Source: a virus
IMG/VR virus record: IMGVR_UViG_3300032291_003063
Span: 5,963-69,962 of that record
Strand: one strand, 5' to 3'
DNA length: 64,000 bases
The notes below the pieces were generated by a model. That model had not been told where the DNA came from. It did not search any database and saw only the letters and a program-made list of their open reading frames with translations. Shown here piece by piece: positions 1 to 10,272 of this stretch. Both the position numbers and the translations under genes were made by a program. Numbering within the stretch: the first letter of the stretch is position 1; every line of letters begins with the position of its first letter.

Positions 1-1220
1 GCGGAGGAGGTGCTGGTGCTGGGGGAGGAAACGCATCTTCTAGCATTGGAGGCGCTGGAGGCAGTGGTACTGTAATAAATATAACAGGATCCCCTATGAA
101 TTTTGGAGGCGGAGGAGGCGGAGGCTCTGGTGGTACTGGAGGTTCCGCATCATCTGGCGGTGGGGCAGGTGGCTCAGTCGAAAGTTTTGGCAACAATGGG
201 GCTGGGGGGTCAGGTAGTGGGGGCGGTGGGGCCGTTACACTAGGTAATGTTATTAGTACGAAGGGAGGTAATGGGGGGGCCGGTTTAGTAGTTATTAAAT
301 ACCTAACTGGGGCCTACAAAGCTAACGGCGGTCGAGTAACTACAGATGGCTTATACACCCTGCACATCTTTACCCGCAGTGGAAACTTTGTAATAACTTC
401 AAATCCTACTTTTGCCTTTGAATATCTACTAGTTGGAGGAGGTGGTGGAGGCGGCGGACCAAACGGATTTGACAACTATGGTGGGGGCGGTGGTGGTGCT
501 GGTGGTTTGCTTACTGGAGCACAGTTACTTCTTACAGCTGGTTCTTATTCAATAACAGTTGGTGCTGGGGGAACTGGAGGAAACGTGAACGTCTTCGGAG
601 GGGATGGCACCAACAGTAGTATCGCATCTATTTTAGCCGCAATTGGTGGAGGCGGTGGGGGTCGTGTCAACGATGGTGTAAACTCTGCTGGTAGAGCTGG
701 TGGTTCTGGTGGTGGTGGTACCATGGCTCCTGGTCCTGTACACACACCTGGTGGTGCCGCAACATTTGGCCAAGGTAATATTGGGGGCGCCCCGTTTAAT
801 AATGCAGGTGGAGGAACCCCTGCTGGAGGGGGTGGTGCTGGTGCGGTAGGTGAAAACGGTCAGACTACTAGAGGAGGCAATGGGGGAGCTGGACTGGCCT
901 CTTCTATATCGGGCTCTTCTATTACGTATGCTGGAGGAGGTGGTGGAGGCGCTAGAAGACAAAATACTCCGGGTACTGGAGGAACCGGAGGCGGGGGTAC
1001 TGGAAGTGGGGGTGGAAGTGGTACGGCAGCAGCAGGCACTGCAAACAGGGGTGGCGGAGGCGGGGGCGGAAGCTTTAGTGCTGGCGCAAATGGTGGTTCG
1101 GGTATCGTTATTGTACGATACTTAACCGGAACAGCTAGCTGCACTGGCGGTGACGTGACAACAAGCGGTGGCTACACCATACATACTTTTAATAGCTCTG
1201 GAACTTTTACAGTTTCGTAA
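1..1220 (+). CDS. Glycine-rich virion/tail-fibre-like protein, 5'-truncated by the window edge
   Basis: Frame is open from position 3 upstream of the tracked ATG at 96. GGGGG-rich repeats with YLLVGGGGGGG and GGSGIVIVRY...HTFNSSGTF modules typical of phage Gly-rich proteins. Confidence 0.7.
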   Translation, partial: GGGAGAGGGNASSSIGGAGGSGTVINITGSPMNFGGGGGGGSGGTGGSASSGGGAGGSVESFGNNGAGGSGSGGGGAVTLGNVISTKGGNGGAGLVVIKYLTGAYKANGGRVTTDGLYTLHIFTRSGNFVITSNPTFAFEYLLVGGGGGGGGPNGFDNYGGGGGGAGGLLTGAQLLLTAGSYSITVGAGGTGGNVNVFGGDGTNSSIASILAAIGGGGGGRVNDGVNSAGRAGGSGGGGTMAPGPVHTPGGAATFGQGNIGGAPFNNAGGGTPAGGGGAGAVGENGQTTRGGNGGAGLASSISGSSITYAGGGGGGARRQNTPGTGGTGGGGTGSGGGSGTAAAGTANRGGGGGGGSFSAGANGGSGIVIVRYLTGTASCTGGDVTTSGGYTIHTFNSSGTFTVS

Positions 1221-1235
1221 TAGATTGGAAACACT

Positions 1236-1592
1236 ATGGCACACTTTGCCGAAATAAATGAAAACAACGTAGTTACAAGAGTAATAGTAGTAGCTAATAC
1301 TGATATAATCGACAATGAAGTTGAGTCGGAAGCTAAAGGTATTGAGTTTTGTAAAAACTTACTAGGGCAAGACACAACCTGGGTACAAACTAGCTATAAT
1401 GGTACGTTTCGTAAAAGGTATGCTGGCGAAGGCTTTACTTATAATGTAGAGTTTGATGCTTTTATACCCCCTAAGCCGTATTCTAGTTGGTCCTTAAACC
1501 CGACTACACTACTCTACGACCCTCCGGTACCTAGGCCTTCAGAAGGGGTCTACATTTGGGATGAGCCAACTCTATCCTGGGTAGAAGTATAA
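1236..1592 (+). CDS. Conserved phage protein usually found next to Gly-rich fibre genes
   Basis: MAHFAEIN..NVVTRVIVV / WVQTSYN..FRKRYAG motif; GGA upstream. Confidence 0.6.
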   Translation: MAHFAEINENNVVTRVIVVANTDIIDNEVESEAKGIEFCKNLLGQDTTWVQTSYNGTFRKRYAGEGFTYNVEFDAFIPPKPYSSWSLNPTTLLYDPPVPRPSEGVYIWDEPTLSWVEV

Positions 1593-2176
1593 TGTATCAA
1601 CTAGCCCCTTCTCCTTCTATTGCTACCAAAGACTCTACTCACGCTTTTTGGCATCAAGCATTTACTGATGAAGAAATAGATAGAATAGTGAGCATAGGTA
1701 ACTCTATGCCTACTAACAACTCTATAATTTCCGGTGGAGAACTAGAGCCTACCATTAGAAACAGTAGAAATTCGTGGTTAGGGCATATGTCAGAAACAGA
1801 CTTTATCTATTCTAAGCTGGCCCATATGGCTAGACAGTTAAATGGAGAGTTTTTTGACTTTGAACTAACTGGGTTCTTTGAGCAGCTACAATTTACAGTT
1901 TATGATGAAACGGGGTCTCACTATGACTGGCATCTTGATAAGATGCTATCAGATCTTCCCCCAAGAAAGCTTAGCCTAGTCTTGCAACTAAGTGACCCTT
2001 CGGAATATGAGGGGGGCGACTTAGAACTATTTGTATCTTCTATTCCTACTAAAGTAGAAAGAAAGAAAGGTCTATTAACGGCATTTCCATCTTTTACTTT
2101 ACATAGAGTAACTCCGGTTACTTCTGGAATACGAAAAAGTTTAGTTGCATGGGTAGGAGGTCCTAAGTTTAAATAG
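1592..2176 (+). CDS. 2OG-Fe(II) oxygenase (prolyl-4-hydroxylase-like)
   Basis: YDWHLD (HxD), RKLSLVLQL, YEGGDL, LHRVTPVTSGIRKSLV. Confidence 0.9.
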   Translation: MYQLAPSPSIATKDSTHAFWHQAFTDEEIDRIVSIGNSMPTNNSIISGGELEPTIRNSRNSWLGHMSETDFIYSKLAHMARQLNGEFFDFELTGFFEQLQFTVYDETGSHYDWHLDKMLSDLPPRKLSLVLQLSDPSEYEGGDLELFVSSIPTKVERKKGLLTAFPSFTLHRVTPVTSGIRKSLVAWVGGPKFK

Positions 2177-2182
2177 GAAAAC

Positions 2183-2428
2183 ATGGACGATCAAACTCCC
2201 CCCGAAAGAGGCTGGTTTTACAGGCGGTGGTACACATTTATCAGTGCTATATTTTACGCGGCAGCCCTAACTACAATCATACTAAAGGTAGAAGACAATG
2301 ACGTACTAAAATGGATAGCTCTTGCACTTATTGGCGCCAAGATCATTGTTGACACATTGTATATGGCAGGAGCCTCAGTACTTGACTACGCTAAGTTAGC
2401 GGCAGGATGGAAAGGAAAAAGTGAGTGA
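2183..2428 (+). CDS. Putative holin
   Basis: 81 aa, two hydrophobic segments, directly before the endolysin. Confidence 0.6.
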   Translation: MDDQTPPERGWFYRRWYTFISAIFYAAALTTIILKVEDNDVLKWIALALIGAKIIVDTLYMAGASVLDYAKLAAGWKGKSE

Positions 2429-2939
2429 TTATAACTGGTTATCTGATTTAAGTCTCCCAAAGACTATTCTCGAAGGAGTAAAGCTGCTTGGAACACTAGA
2501 AACTCCGGGGCCTAGAAGCAACAAAGTTATTCTAGACTGGGCAAAAGAAGTGGGTGTGACTAAAACCTACTCAGACGATAGTATTCCTTGGTGTGGCTTG
2601 TTTGCTGCAGTAGTCGTCAAAAGAGCTGGAAAAGATGTAGTAGAAAACCCACTATGGGCTAGAAACTGGGCTAAGTTTGGCACTGTGTCTAGTACACCGG
2701 GTTTAGGCGATGTTTTAGTTTTTGTGAGAAATGGTGGGGGTCACGTTGGCTTTTACGTGGCAGAAGACGCTACTGCTTATCACGTACTCGGAGGAAATCA
2801 ATCTGACGCAGTAACTATAACTAGAATATCCAAGACTAGATTTATGGCAGCTAGAAGGCCTTTCTACACAAATAAACCCAGCTCAGTTAAGCCATACATA
2901 GTTAAGGCGACAGGCAGACTATCGGAGAATGAAGAATGA
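2421..2939 (+). CDS. Endolysin, TIGR02594/NlpC-P60-like peptidoglycan peptidase
   Basis: DDSIPWCGLF, GGGHVGFY and LGGNQSD motifs. Confidence 0.85.
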   Translation: MSDYNWLSDLSLPKTILEGVKLLGTLETPGPRSNKVILDWAKEVGVTKTYSDDSIPWCGLFAAVVVKRAGKDVVENPLWARNWAKFGTVSSTPGLGDVLVFVRNGGGHVGFYVAEDATAYHVLGGNQSDAVTITRISKTRFMAARRPFYTNKPSSVKPYIVKATGRLSENEE

Positions 2940-3298
2940 ATTATATTAGAATAGCGGCTGGAATTTTACTAGTAATTGGTATTATTGTGGTTGGAGGATG
3001 GCTCTACGATCCTTTTGGGTGGAAAGAGAGTAGGCTAGAAAAAGCGGAGGTAGCAGCGGCTTTAAGCAGAGGAGAGGCTGTAAAAGCACAACAAGAGACT
3101 GGCCTTGCTAGGGATACAGTAAAAATTATCACTGCCTCTAAGGCAAGAGACTCTAAGATAGAAGGGATCAATAATACAAATGTTTCATCAATTAAAAACA
3201 GTACAGGGGCTAATGATAAGCTTACTCCTGAGCTCGTCGCTAGTATTAACCGCGGGTTGTGCAAGTACGAATCAACGCCTAGCTGCTCTGGCAATTGA
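2936..3298 (+). CDS. Inner-membrane spanin (Rz-like)
   Basis: N-terminal TM helix, helical periplasmic part, C-terminal Cys; follows the endolysin. Confidence 0.7.
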   Translation: MNYIRIAAGILLVIGIIVVGGWLYDPFGWKESRLEKAEVAAALSRGEAVKAQQETGLARDTVKIITASKARDSKIEGINNTNVSSIKNSTGANDKLTPELVASINRGLCKYESTPSCSGN

Positions 3299-3509
3299 GT
3301 GCTCTTCTTCTATTCCAGCACAAACTAGGGCTAAAGTTCCGGGAGTTAAGCCTCTCGCACCGGGGTCCACTGTTGGAGACTTAGGGGCTGCATTAGACTC
3401 TCAAACAGCTAATTTAGATAAGGCCAACGGCAACACAGCCGACGCAATTTCTATCGTAGAAATGTGCGATAAAAGAAATAAAGAAGTTATTAAGTTACTT
3501 TCTAAATGA
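3213..3509 (+). CDS. Outer-membrane spanin lipoprotein (Rz1-like)
   Basis: Overlaps the i-spanin in another frame; signal peptide MISLLLSSSLVLTAG-C with lipobox. ATG 3213 preferred over 3180. Confidence 0.75.
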   Translation: MISLLLSSSLVLTAGCASTNQRLAALAIECSSSIPAQTRAKVPGVKPLAPGSTVGDLGAALDSQTANLDKANGNTADAISIVEMCDKRNKEVIKLLSK

Positions 3510-3546
3510 GAAAAACCCCCGCAGTTGCCTGCGGGGGTTTATTTTT
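3510..3546. terminator. Bidirectional intrinsic terminator
   Basis: aaaaacccccgcag-ttgc-ctgcgggggtttatttt between convergent genes. Confidence 0.85.
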
Positions 3547-4501
3547 ACTTAAACAGCTCGGACCAATTGCCAGAAGTCGATGCTCTAGCATACTCTGTTG
3601 ATCTGTTCTCAAAGAAGTTTGTGTGCTCTACTCCATTAAGAATATAGTCAAGCCAATCTAGTGGATTTTTATCACTGTTAAAGATTTTCTTTAGGCCAAG
3701 CCCTAGAAGTCGTCTATCAGCAATATACCTAATATACTGTTTTACTTCTTCGGGTGTTAGCCCAGGCACTTCGGCTTCTTCAAAGCATGTGTCGATGAAA
3801 GCATCTTCTAGCTCTACACAGCGCTCCGCCCCACAGTAGATATCGTACTTTAGGCTATCAGTCCATATCTCTGGGTTTTCTGAGATATACTCTCTAAACA
3901 GACGGCTCATTCCTTCCACATGTAAAGACTCATCTCGAACGGACCACGTAATAATCTGGCCCATGCCCTTCATCAGGTTATGTCTAGGAAAGTTAAGCAA
4001 AATAGCAAAACTGGAGAATAGCTGAACTCCCTCGGTAAATCCACTGTAAATTGCCAATGTCTTAGCAATATTTTCTTTAGTGTCCATACCAAAGTTGCTT
4101 AGGTACTCGTGCTTTTCCATCATGGCTTTAATTTCCATGAATTTCTTATACTCGTCATCGGGAAGCCCGAGAGTCTCTAGTAGTAGAGAGTATGCTTCTT
4201 GGTGCACTCCTTCCATAGAGGCAAAAGCTGAAAGCATCATTCTTACTTCAGGAGGCTTAAATGTTGGAAGGTAGTGATCAGCATAACCTCCCGCAACATC
4301 ACTATCCGCTTGAGTGAAGAACCTAAATAGCTTCTTAACAAGATTTTGGCTACCTGGAGATAGCTTATCTCTGAAATCTTTTAGGTCATCTGCAACCGGG
4401 ACTTCCTGAGGAAGCCAATGCATGTGTTGCTGGGTTTTATAGTATTCAAATGCCCAAGGGTATTCGAATGGTTTAAAGTATTCTCTGCTCTCTGTTAACA
4501 T
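3545..4501 (-). CDS. nrdB: Ribonucleotide reductase class Ia beta subunit
   Basis: FFTQAD, EGVH, EGVQLFSSF, RDESLH, NFFE. Confidence 0.95.
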   Translation of the reverse strand: MLTESREYFKPFEYPWAFEYYKTQQHMHWLPQEVPVADDLKDFRDKLSPGSQNLVKKLFRFFTQADSDVAGGYADHYLPTFKPPEVRMMLSAFASMEGVHQEAYSLLLETLGLPDDEYKKFMEIKAMMEKHEYLSNFGMDTKENIAKTLAIYSGFTEGVQLFSSFAILLNFPRHNLMKGMGQIITWSVRDESLHVEGMSRLFREYISENPEIWTDSLKYDIYCGAERCVELEDAFIDTCFEEAEVPGLTPEEVKQYIRYIADRRLLGLGLKKIFNSDKNPLDWLDYILNGVEHTNFFENRSTEYARASTSGNWSELFK

Positions 4502-6262
4502 TTAGCCCTCACAAGCAACGCAATCGTTTTCAGTAGGAAACTGACTCTTTTGCACCTCTACAGAGATATTCTCTGCACGTTTCATAGCTTTACTTCTAAT
4601 ATAGTAGAGGGTCTTCATTCCTCTACTCCAAGCAGCTAAATGATCATCATGTAGCTTCTTTTTATTTACTTCAGGGGAATAAAATAAGTTTACGCTTTGT
4701 GATTGACAGATATCTTCTGTTCTATCCGCAGCTAACTCAATTACCCATCTTTGGTCTATTTCTTGTGCAGTCTTAAATACATCCTTGTCATGCTGACTAA
4801 GAAAATCTAAGTGCTGTACACTGCCCTCACTAGTAATAATATCCTTCCAAACTTCATCAGTATCCATATCATACTCTTGAAGTAGGTGCTCCAGGTACTC
4901 GTTCTTTAGAAGAGCTGTCCCTGATTTGGTCTTTTGAGTAAAGGCATTAGCAGTATAAGGATCATTACTGGGACTAGTATTACCACAAATAATACTACTA
5001 CTAGCATTGGGAGCAGGAGCAAGAAGATGGCTGAAGCGCCTATTATAACCCACTGCATCAGGAGCTGGACCACGTTCAGCACAAAGAATACTATCGGCTC
5101 TAAGAGCTTCCTTCTTAATGTGCCTGTAAATGTCCTTATTAAGTTTCTTAGCGAAAACGCTTTCAAATGCGACATTGTTCCTCTGGAAATATGCGTGGAG
5201 CCCCATTGCTCCTAGCCCGATACTACGCTCTCTTTCAGCACTATACTTTGCTTTATGTAGCTCAGGTGGGGCATTTTTAATAAAGTGAGTCAGAACGTTA
5301 TCCAGCATTCTGATAATGTCTGGAATAAAGTCTTCGTTGTCTTTCCAACTGGCATACTCTTCCACATTGACACTAGAAAGGCAGCATACTGCGGTTCTGT
5401 CTTCGTTTGAAGGAAGAACAATTTCAGTACATAGATTAGAGTGATGTACTTCGAGCCCTAGTTTTGTAAGCCACTCAGGCACTGCTCTATCTACAGCGTC
5501 CTTAAACATAATGTAGGGCTCGCCGGTCTCAACTCTGTTTTCCAGAATTTTAACCCAGATTACCTTAGCTGGAATTACTTTAACAACTTTTCCACTGTTA
5601 GGGTCAATTAGAGGCCAACTGTCGTCAAAGCCCGGAATTTCAGCAGCATTCTTTATGAGCTGCATAAACTTATCGGGAATAATTACAGCGTGATGAAGAT
5701 TAGTAGACTTTCTATTAATGTCTCCACCAGTCGGCTTTCTTATATCGAGAAACTCTTCAATCTCCGGATGGCTCACATCGAGGTACGTTGCGTAGCTGCC
5801 ACGGCGTGTAACTCCCTGAGAAAACGCTAGCATTTCAGCGTCTACTACCTTTATAAAGGGAATTACTCCTGTGGACTCTGACCCATGAGAAGTCTTAGAC
5901 CCAACACCACGAACGTCTCCCCAGTACCCTCCAATACCTCCACCAACGGAGCTTAGATAAGCATTTTCTTCGTAATGTCCTGTAATACCCTTTCGGCTAT
6001 CTGGTACATAATTTAGAAAACAACTAATCGGCAAGCCTCTTGTGGTTCCCCCATTGGAAAGAATAGGCGTGCTAAACATAAACCACAGATTACTAGCGTA
6101 ATCGTAAAGCCTTTGTGCGTGAGCATCATCGTCCGCAAAAGCCTTAGCGGCTCTTGCAAATGCGTCTTGGGGAGAAGTCTCTCCTGCTACTAGATACCTA
6201 TCCTTGACAGTTGCTATTCCAAAAGGAGATAGCAACTTATCCCTGTTGTAATCTATATTCAT
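4502..6262 (-). CDS. nrdA: Ribonucleotide reductase class Ia alpha subunit
   Basis: PISCF, SNLCTEI, CCLSS, APNASSS, C-terminal CVACEG. Confidence 0.95.
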   Translation of the reverse strand: MNIDYNRDKLLSPFGIATVKDRYLVAGETSPQDAFARAAKAFADDDAHAQRLYDYASNLWFMFSTPILSNGGTTRGLPISCFLNYVPDSRKGITGHYEENAYLSSVGGGIGGYWGDVRGVGSKTSHGSESTGVIPFIKVVDAEMLAFSQGVTRRGSYATYLDVSHPEIEEFLDIRKPTGGDINRKSTNLHHAVIIPDKFMQLIKNAAEIPGFDDSWPLIDPNSGKVVKVIPAKVIWVKILENRVETGEPYIMFKDAVDRAVPEWLTKLGLEVHHSNLCTEIVLPSNEDRTAVCCLSSVNVEEYASWKDNEDFIPDIIRMLDNVLTHFIKNAPPELHKAKYSAERERSIGLGAMGLHAYFQRNNVAFESVFAKKLNKDIYRHIKKEALRADSILCAERGPAPDAVGYNRRFSHLLAPAPNASSSIICGNTSPSNDPYTANAFTQKTKSGTALLKNEYLEHLLQEYDMDTDEVWKDIITSEGSVQHLDFLSQHDKDVFKTAQEIDQRWVIELAADRTEDICQSQSVNLFYSPEVNKKKLHDDHLAAWSRGMKTLYYIRSKAMKRAENISVEVQKSQFPTENDCVACEG

Positions 6263-7079
6263 TTAGTCTCCATTGTAAGTCCAGTACGTTGGACTGACCA
6301 ATTGCTTCTTCACAATAAGTTATTAAATCCATTAGCTCATAATTAACTAATAGTTGGTCTTTGTATTCGTTCAAAGTCTGGATATACTTGTAAGAACTAG
6401 GAATAGGACAAGCCGCATGAATATCGAAGGCGTCTCCATACTCCTCAATTAGCTTTACAGCTTTCTTGGGTCCAATACCTGTAATCCCTGGAATATTGTC
6501 TCCCTTGTCTCCAATCAAGCATTTATATGAGATATAGTGCTCCGGAGGTACATCGTAGTCCCAAGTCTCTAGAGTAGTCTCTTTTCTAGTAATATAAGAA
6601 AATCTACTCACATTCTCTCTAATAAGAAGGTCCCAGTCTCGGTCAGAACTAATAAGCCAGATAGTATCATAAGCAAACTTGTCATTGCTTCTAACAATCC
6701 AAGCTGCGATATCATCGGCCTCTACTCCCTTATATCTGAATACGGGAAACTCCTCGGAAAGCACCTCTAGAGTGCGCTCGTACTCTTCGAAAAATAGTTC
6801 GGCCTCTCGCTTTTCTTCTTCTGATTGAGCGTTAACTAGATCTTGTCTATTTGCCTTATATTCGGGAAAGATTTCTCGTCTAAAAGTGCTTCTGCCCCAA
6901 TCTGCTGCAATTACTATTGAGCCGCAGTTATAAGACTTTGCTAGTGACTTGACCGTATCTTTATACTCGGTAGCAAAAACTAGCTTCTTGCTATGCTTAT
7001 ACCTAAATGCTAGGTTTAAAGCATCTACAACCATCAAATTTCCTGAAGGTCTCTCTTTCATTGCATTTGCAAACTTCAT
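6237..7079 (-). CDS. 5'-3' flap exonuclease (T5 D15-like)
   Basis: VDALNLAFR, EYKANR, EADD, SSDRDW, GDKGDNIPGITGIGPK. Confidence 0.9.
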   Translation of the reverse strand: MKFANAMKERPSGNLMVVDALNLAFRYKHSKKLVFATEYKDTVKSLAKSYNCGSIVIAADWGRSTFRREIFPEYKANRQDLVNAQSEEEKREAELFFEEYERTLEVLSEEFPVFRYKGVEADDIAAWIVRSNDKFAYDTIWLISSDRDWDLLIRENVSRFSYITRKETTLETWDYDVPPEHYISYKCLIGDKGDNIPGITGIGPKKAVKLIEEYGDAFDIHAACPIPSSYKYIQTLNEYKDQLLVNYELMDLITYCEEAIGQSNVLDLQWRLNEYRLQQG

Positions 7080-7516
7080 TTTATAAACTCAACCTTCTCT
7101 TTGTCTAACCACTCTTCGGCCAGTATAATATAACACAATAACCAGCCAATGTAAAGAAACTTTTCAGTATTCTCTGGCTTTTTCGCTGTAGCAACAAATA
7201 CCTTAGACCTGTCATACTTAAAAAACAGCAAGGGTTCTTGAGATGCATTTGATGCTTGATGGCGTATCTTTATCCACCATTTAACTAGATTATTAGTCTT
7301 TTCTTGTGTAAACAACTTGTCTGTCAATGGTGAATCAGCGTAGTTCTTTACTTCTATACAAAAAACGTTATTTCTATTAGGAACGTATAAGTCCCCTTTT
7401 AAGTATTCAAGAGCCCCGGATAAAGGGACTCTCTCAAATTGTAACCCGGTACGGTCTCTAAGTAAATCTCTTACTAGATATTCCCCACGCGCTCCTTTTG
7501 CTCGTGAATCTACCAT
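7076..7516 (-). CDS. D14-like Holliday-junction resolvase (PD-D/ExK)
   Basis: SRAKGARGE, KGDL, IEVK; T5 synteny. Confidence 0.8.
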   Translation of the reverse strand: MVDSRAKGARGEYLVRDLLRDRTGLQFERVPLSGALEYLKGDLYVPNRNNVFCIEVKNYADSPLTDKLFTQEKTNNLVKWWIKIRHQASNASQEPLLFFKYDRSKVFVATAKKPENTEKFLYIGWLLCYIILAEEWLDKEKVEFIK

Positions 7517-7517
7517 T

Positions 7518-9320
7518 CTACCTTTCTATTCGACTTACACCGTTCTCGTCTTTGATCACTTCGATCTTTGCGAGTAATGGGTGTGTCCAGTTATGTGAAA
7601 CAATAAAGGTATTTAAATCCTCATTTAATAGCACTTCTACTAGTTTCTCTTTACCGGTTTCATCTAATACGTTAATAACTTCATCTAAAAACAGCACATT
7701 TAACTTTGACTTAGATATGCTATTCATTAGCTTTCTAAGTGCAAGTAGAGTGGCTGTGTTAACTCTTGCCAACTCTCCGCTAGACAATGCTAGAATATCC
7801 ACTGTTTTTCCGAAGTCGGTAACTTCTACGTTTAGCTTATCGTTAGAGACCACAAACTCAATTGTAAATCTACCATCAGATAGTTCAGCGAGATATTTAT
7901 TTGTTAGCTCTTCAAGTTCTTTGATCAGGTTCTCGATCTTGTAGGCAATAAGGCCATTAGAACTAAAAGCCTTTTTAAGCACTTCTAGCTTTGATAGCTT
8001 ATCTGACTCAATATCTAGGCTCTTTCTGGCGCTCTCAAGTTCTAGAATAAACTTGTCTGTTTGTTCCTGAATTACTTGAATACGAGTATTTTGTTTGGTT
8101 CTATCCTCATTAGTCTTTATAATTGCAGTAATTTTAGCTTTAGTCTGGGCTATCGTAGTTTTTAGCCCAGCTATTTTTGTCTCGTATTCTTGCCTGTCAA
8201 GAAGCGTTGTGGGTAGAGACTTATCTACTGACCTTAAAGCATCTTCGTAGTCTTTTTGTAGCTTTACCTTTTTGTTGAAGGCGTTGTTATTGGTTTGAAT
8301 AGAGGATATTTTACTCTCTAGATCAGTAATGTCTGCTTCTAGTGTAGTAAGGTTTACTCTGTCTTCCTCTATTAGTCTTTGCTTGAAGTCGGGAGCAATA
8401 TCTTGCTCACAAGTAGGGCACTGGTCCCCAAGCCCCTCAAGCTTAGCTATAGACTTCTTTACAGTAACTATCTGAGCCTTTTTTGCCCCAAGTTCTTGCT
8501 GCTCCAAATCGTAGGGTAGAACCTCAAAAGCTTGTATTCTAGAATATTCGGAAAAATCAATCTTTGCTAGTCGGTCGATATTGTCATTATTTATAGATAT
8601 TTTTCGATTTTTATCCGAGATATTTTCAAGTTCCTTCGTTAAAGAACCCAATGCAACCTCTTCTTTTTCCGACGAAATATCTAAATTTAGCAGGGGGAGT
8701 ACTTCCGTAGCCTCCAATTTATTTGTGGCCAACCATTTTTCTATGGTAGTTACACGTGCTTCTTCCCCAGAAACTACAATAGCGCTTTCTTTTACGGCCT
8801 CTCTAAATACTTCAAATAACTCTACGTATCCTTCTAAGTGCAGTAGATCAATAAGAAACTTTTTTCTATTGGTGTCGGTAGCAGTTAGGAATTGTAGACT
8901 AGCATTTGTATTTTGGTAGAATAACTGGGACATTGTTTTAAAGTCCATGCCCAGTAGATCAAGCACTGTTTTTAGAGTATTGGTAGCTGTGTGGCTAGAA
9001 ACATCTTCTCCATTTTCTAGTAAAGTAACTTTTAAGGTTGATCCTCTAGTTACTCTTAGTACGTACTCGGTATCAGATATATCAAATGATAGCGATATTG
9101 TGTAAGATTCTCCATTGGAGTTTCTATTTGCTATCTCTGACTTTTTGATGCCCTTGGAGTTCTTGCTAAATAAAACTTCCTCGATAATAAGCGGAATAGA
9201 AGACTTGCCCGCCCCATTTAACCCAATAATCTGTGTTATTGTATTTTCGTCTAGGTCTAGGTAGTTGTCTTTGCCGTAACTAAAACAATTATCCCATGTC
9301 AGTCTTTTTAATTTTATCAT
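7518..9320 (-). CDS. SbcC/Rad50-like recombination ATPase (D13)
   Basis: GLNGAGKS, CPTC zinc hook, LSSGE, LFLDE. Confidence 0.9.
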   Translation of the reverse strand: MIKLKRLTWDNCFSYGKDNYLDLDENTITQIIGLNGAGKSSIPLIIEEVLFSKNSKGIKKSEIANRNSNGESYTISLSFDISDTEYVLRVTRGSTLKVTLLENGEDVSSHTATNTLKTVLDLLGMDFKTMSQLFYQNTNASLQFLTATDTNRKKFLIDLLHLEGYVELFEVFREAVKESAIVVSGEEARVTTIEKWLATNKLEATEVLPLLNLDISSEKEEVALGSLTKELENISDKNRKISINNDNIDRLAKIDFSEYSRIQAFEVLPYDLEQQELGAKKAQIVTVKKSIAKLEGLGDQCPTCEQDIAPDFKQRLIEEDRVNLTTLEADITDLESKISSIQTNNNAFNKKVKLQKDYEDALRSVDKSLPTTLLDRQEYETKIAGLKTTIAQTKAKITAIIKTNEDRTKQNTRIQVIQEQTDKFILELESARKSLDIESDKLSKLEVLKKAFSSNGLIAYKIENLIKELEELTNKYLAELSDGRFTIEFVVSNDKLNVEVTDFGKTVDILALSSGELARVNTATLLALRKLMNSISKSKLNVLFLDEVINVLDETGKEKLVEVLLNEDLNTFIVSHNWTHPLLAKIEVIKDENGVSRIER

Positions 9321-10224
9321 GGTATACTCCTACTAGTTCTGGCACCTTTTCTTCGGGTAGTTCCAGAATGTATAATAAATATTCTACTAACTCTTGCTCC
9401 ACAGTCATTTCTTTTGTAAGAACTAGTGCAGTGTCTGAACTTTTCTTCACTAGCTTTTTGTCTAGTAAGTCGTTAGCTTTTACATTTGATAAGTCTACTA
9501 AGTCACCCTCAAGCTCATAGATCGTGTGGTGGTAATCACTAGCAACCATGTCTGCTTGGTTTGAAACAGTCTTTCGGAGTAACTGGGGTAGGTCAAAGCT
9601 ATGCCAAGTCCAATTAACCCCATCTATAAGAAGATACCCAGTATCTACTAGGTTTCTGTGGAAAGATGTGGTCATCGGGCTGCCGGGATAGATTATATTT
9701 CTTTGTGTATTACCATGGGAATGTAAGTCTCCGGCATAAACTATAGGAAATCTATCAAGTAGCTCTAAGTTTATCTCTGGTTTGACGTGCGGCGGAATCT
9801 CTCCGCGAACGTGAGTGTATATAGGATGTTGGGGAAGACTAGCCCAGTCCACTGTGTGTATAAATTCGTACGGTACAATTGAGAAATCCTCTGTTGTTAG
9901 TACCTCGTCCACTATCTGTACCAAAGGGTTGATCTGATTTGTGGCTTCTTTTAGAAAGCTCATAAAAGACTTACCGCGCTTAGTAGATTCGTGGTTCCCA
10001 CTATAGATATATGTAGGAATAGAGATTCCCTTAACAAAGGAAAAGTATAGCTCAAGTTCTTCCATGCTTGGCAATCTATCAAATATATCGCCTCCTAAAA
10101 TCATTTTAGAAGCTGTTATATTGTACACTTGCTGAAAGAAGGAATGATACCTTTGCTTAGCCCACTCTACTGGAACATTCTTTTGCCCTAGTTTTATATG
10201 TATATCCGCAATAAAGAGAATCAT
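9289..10224 (-). CDS. SbcD/Mre11-like nuclease (D12)
   Basis: ADIH, GGDIFD, GNHE, GDLH. Confidence 0.9.
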   Translation of the reverse strand: MILFIADIHIKLGQKNVPVEWAKQRYHSFFQQVYNITASKMILGGDIFDRLPSMEELELYFSFVKGISIPTYIYSGNHESTKRGKSFMSFLKEATNQINPLVQIVDEVLTTEDFSIVPYEFIHTVDWASLPQHPIYTHVRGEIPPHVKPEINLELLDRFPIVYAGDLHSHGNTQRNIIYPGSPMTTSFHRNLVDTGYLLIDGVNWTWHSFDLPQLLRKTVSNQADMVASDYHHTIYELEGDLVDLSNVKANDLLDKKLVKKSSDTALVLTKEMTVEQELVEYLLYILELPEEKVPELVGVYHDKIKKTDMG

Positions 10225-10236
10225 AATACTCCTGAT

Positions 10237-10265
10237 AAAAATGCGGGGGCAGTTACGCCCCCGCT
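10237..10265 (-). terminator. Intrinsic terminator
   Basis: gcgggggc-agttac-gcccccgc hairpin followed by a U-tract on the minus strand. Confidence 0.7.
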
Positions 10266-10272
10266 GTATATA

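Noticed and set aside
545-1144. Pro-rich and Ser-rich reverse-strand ORFs
   Set aside because: Shadows of the Gly-codon-rich gene on the + strand.
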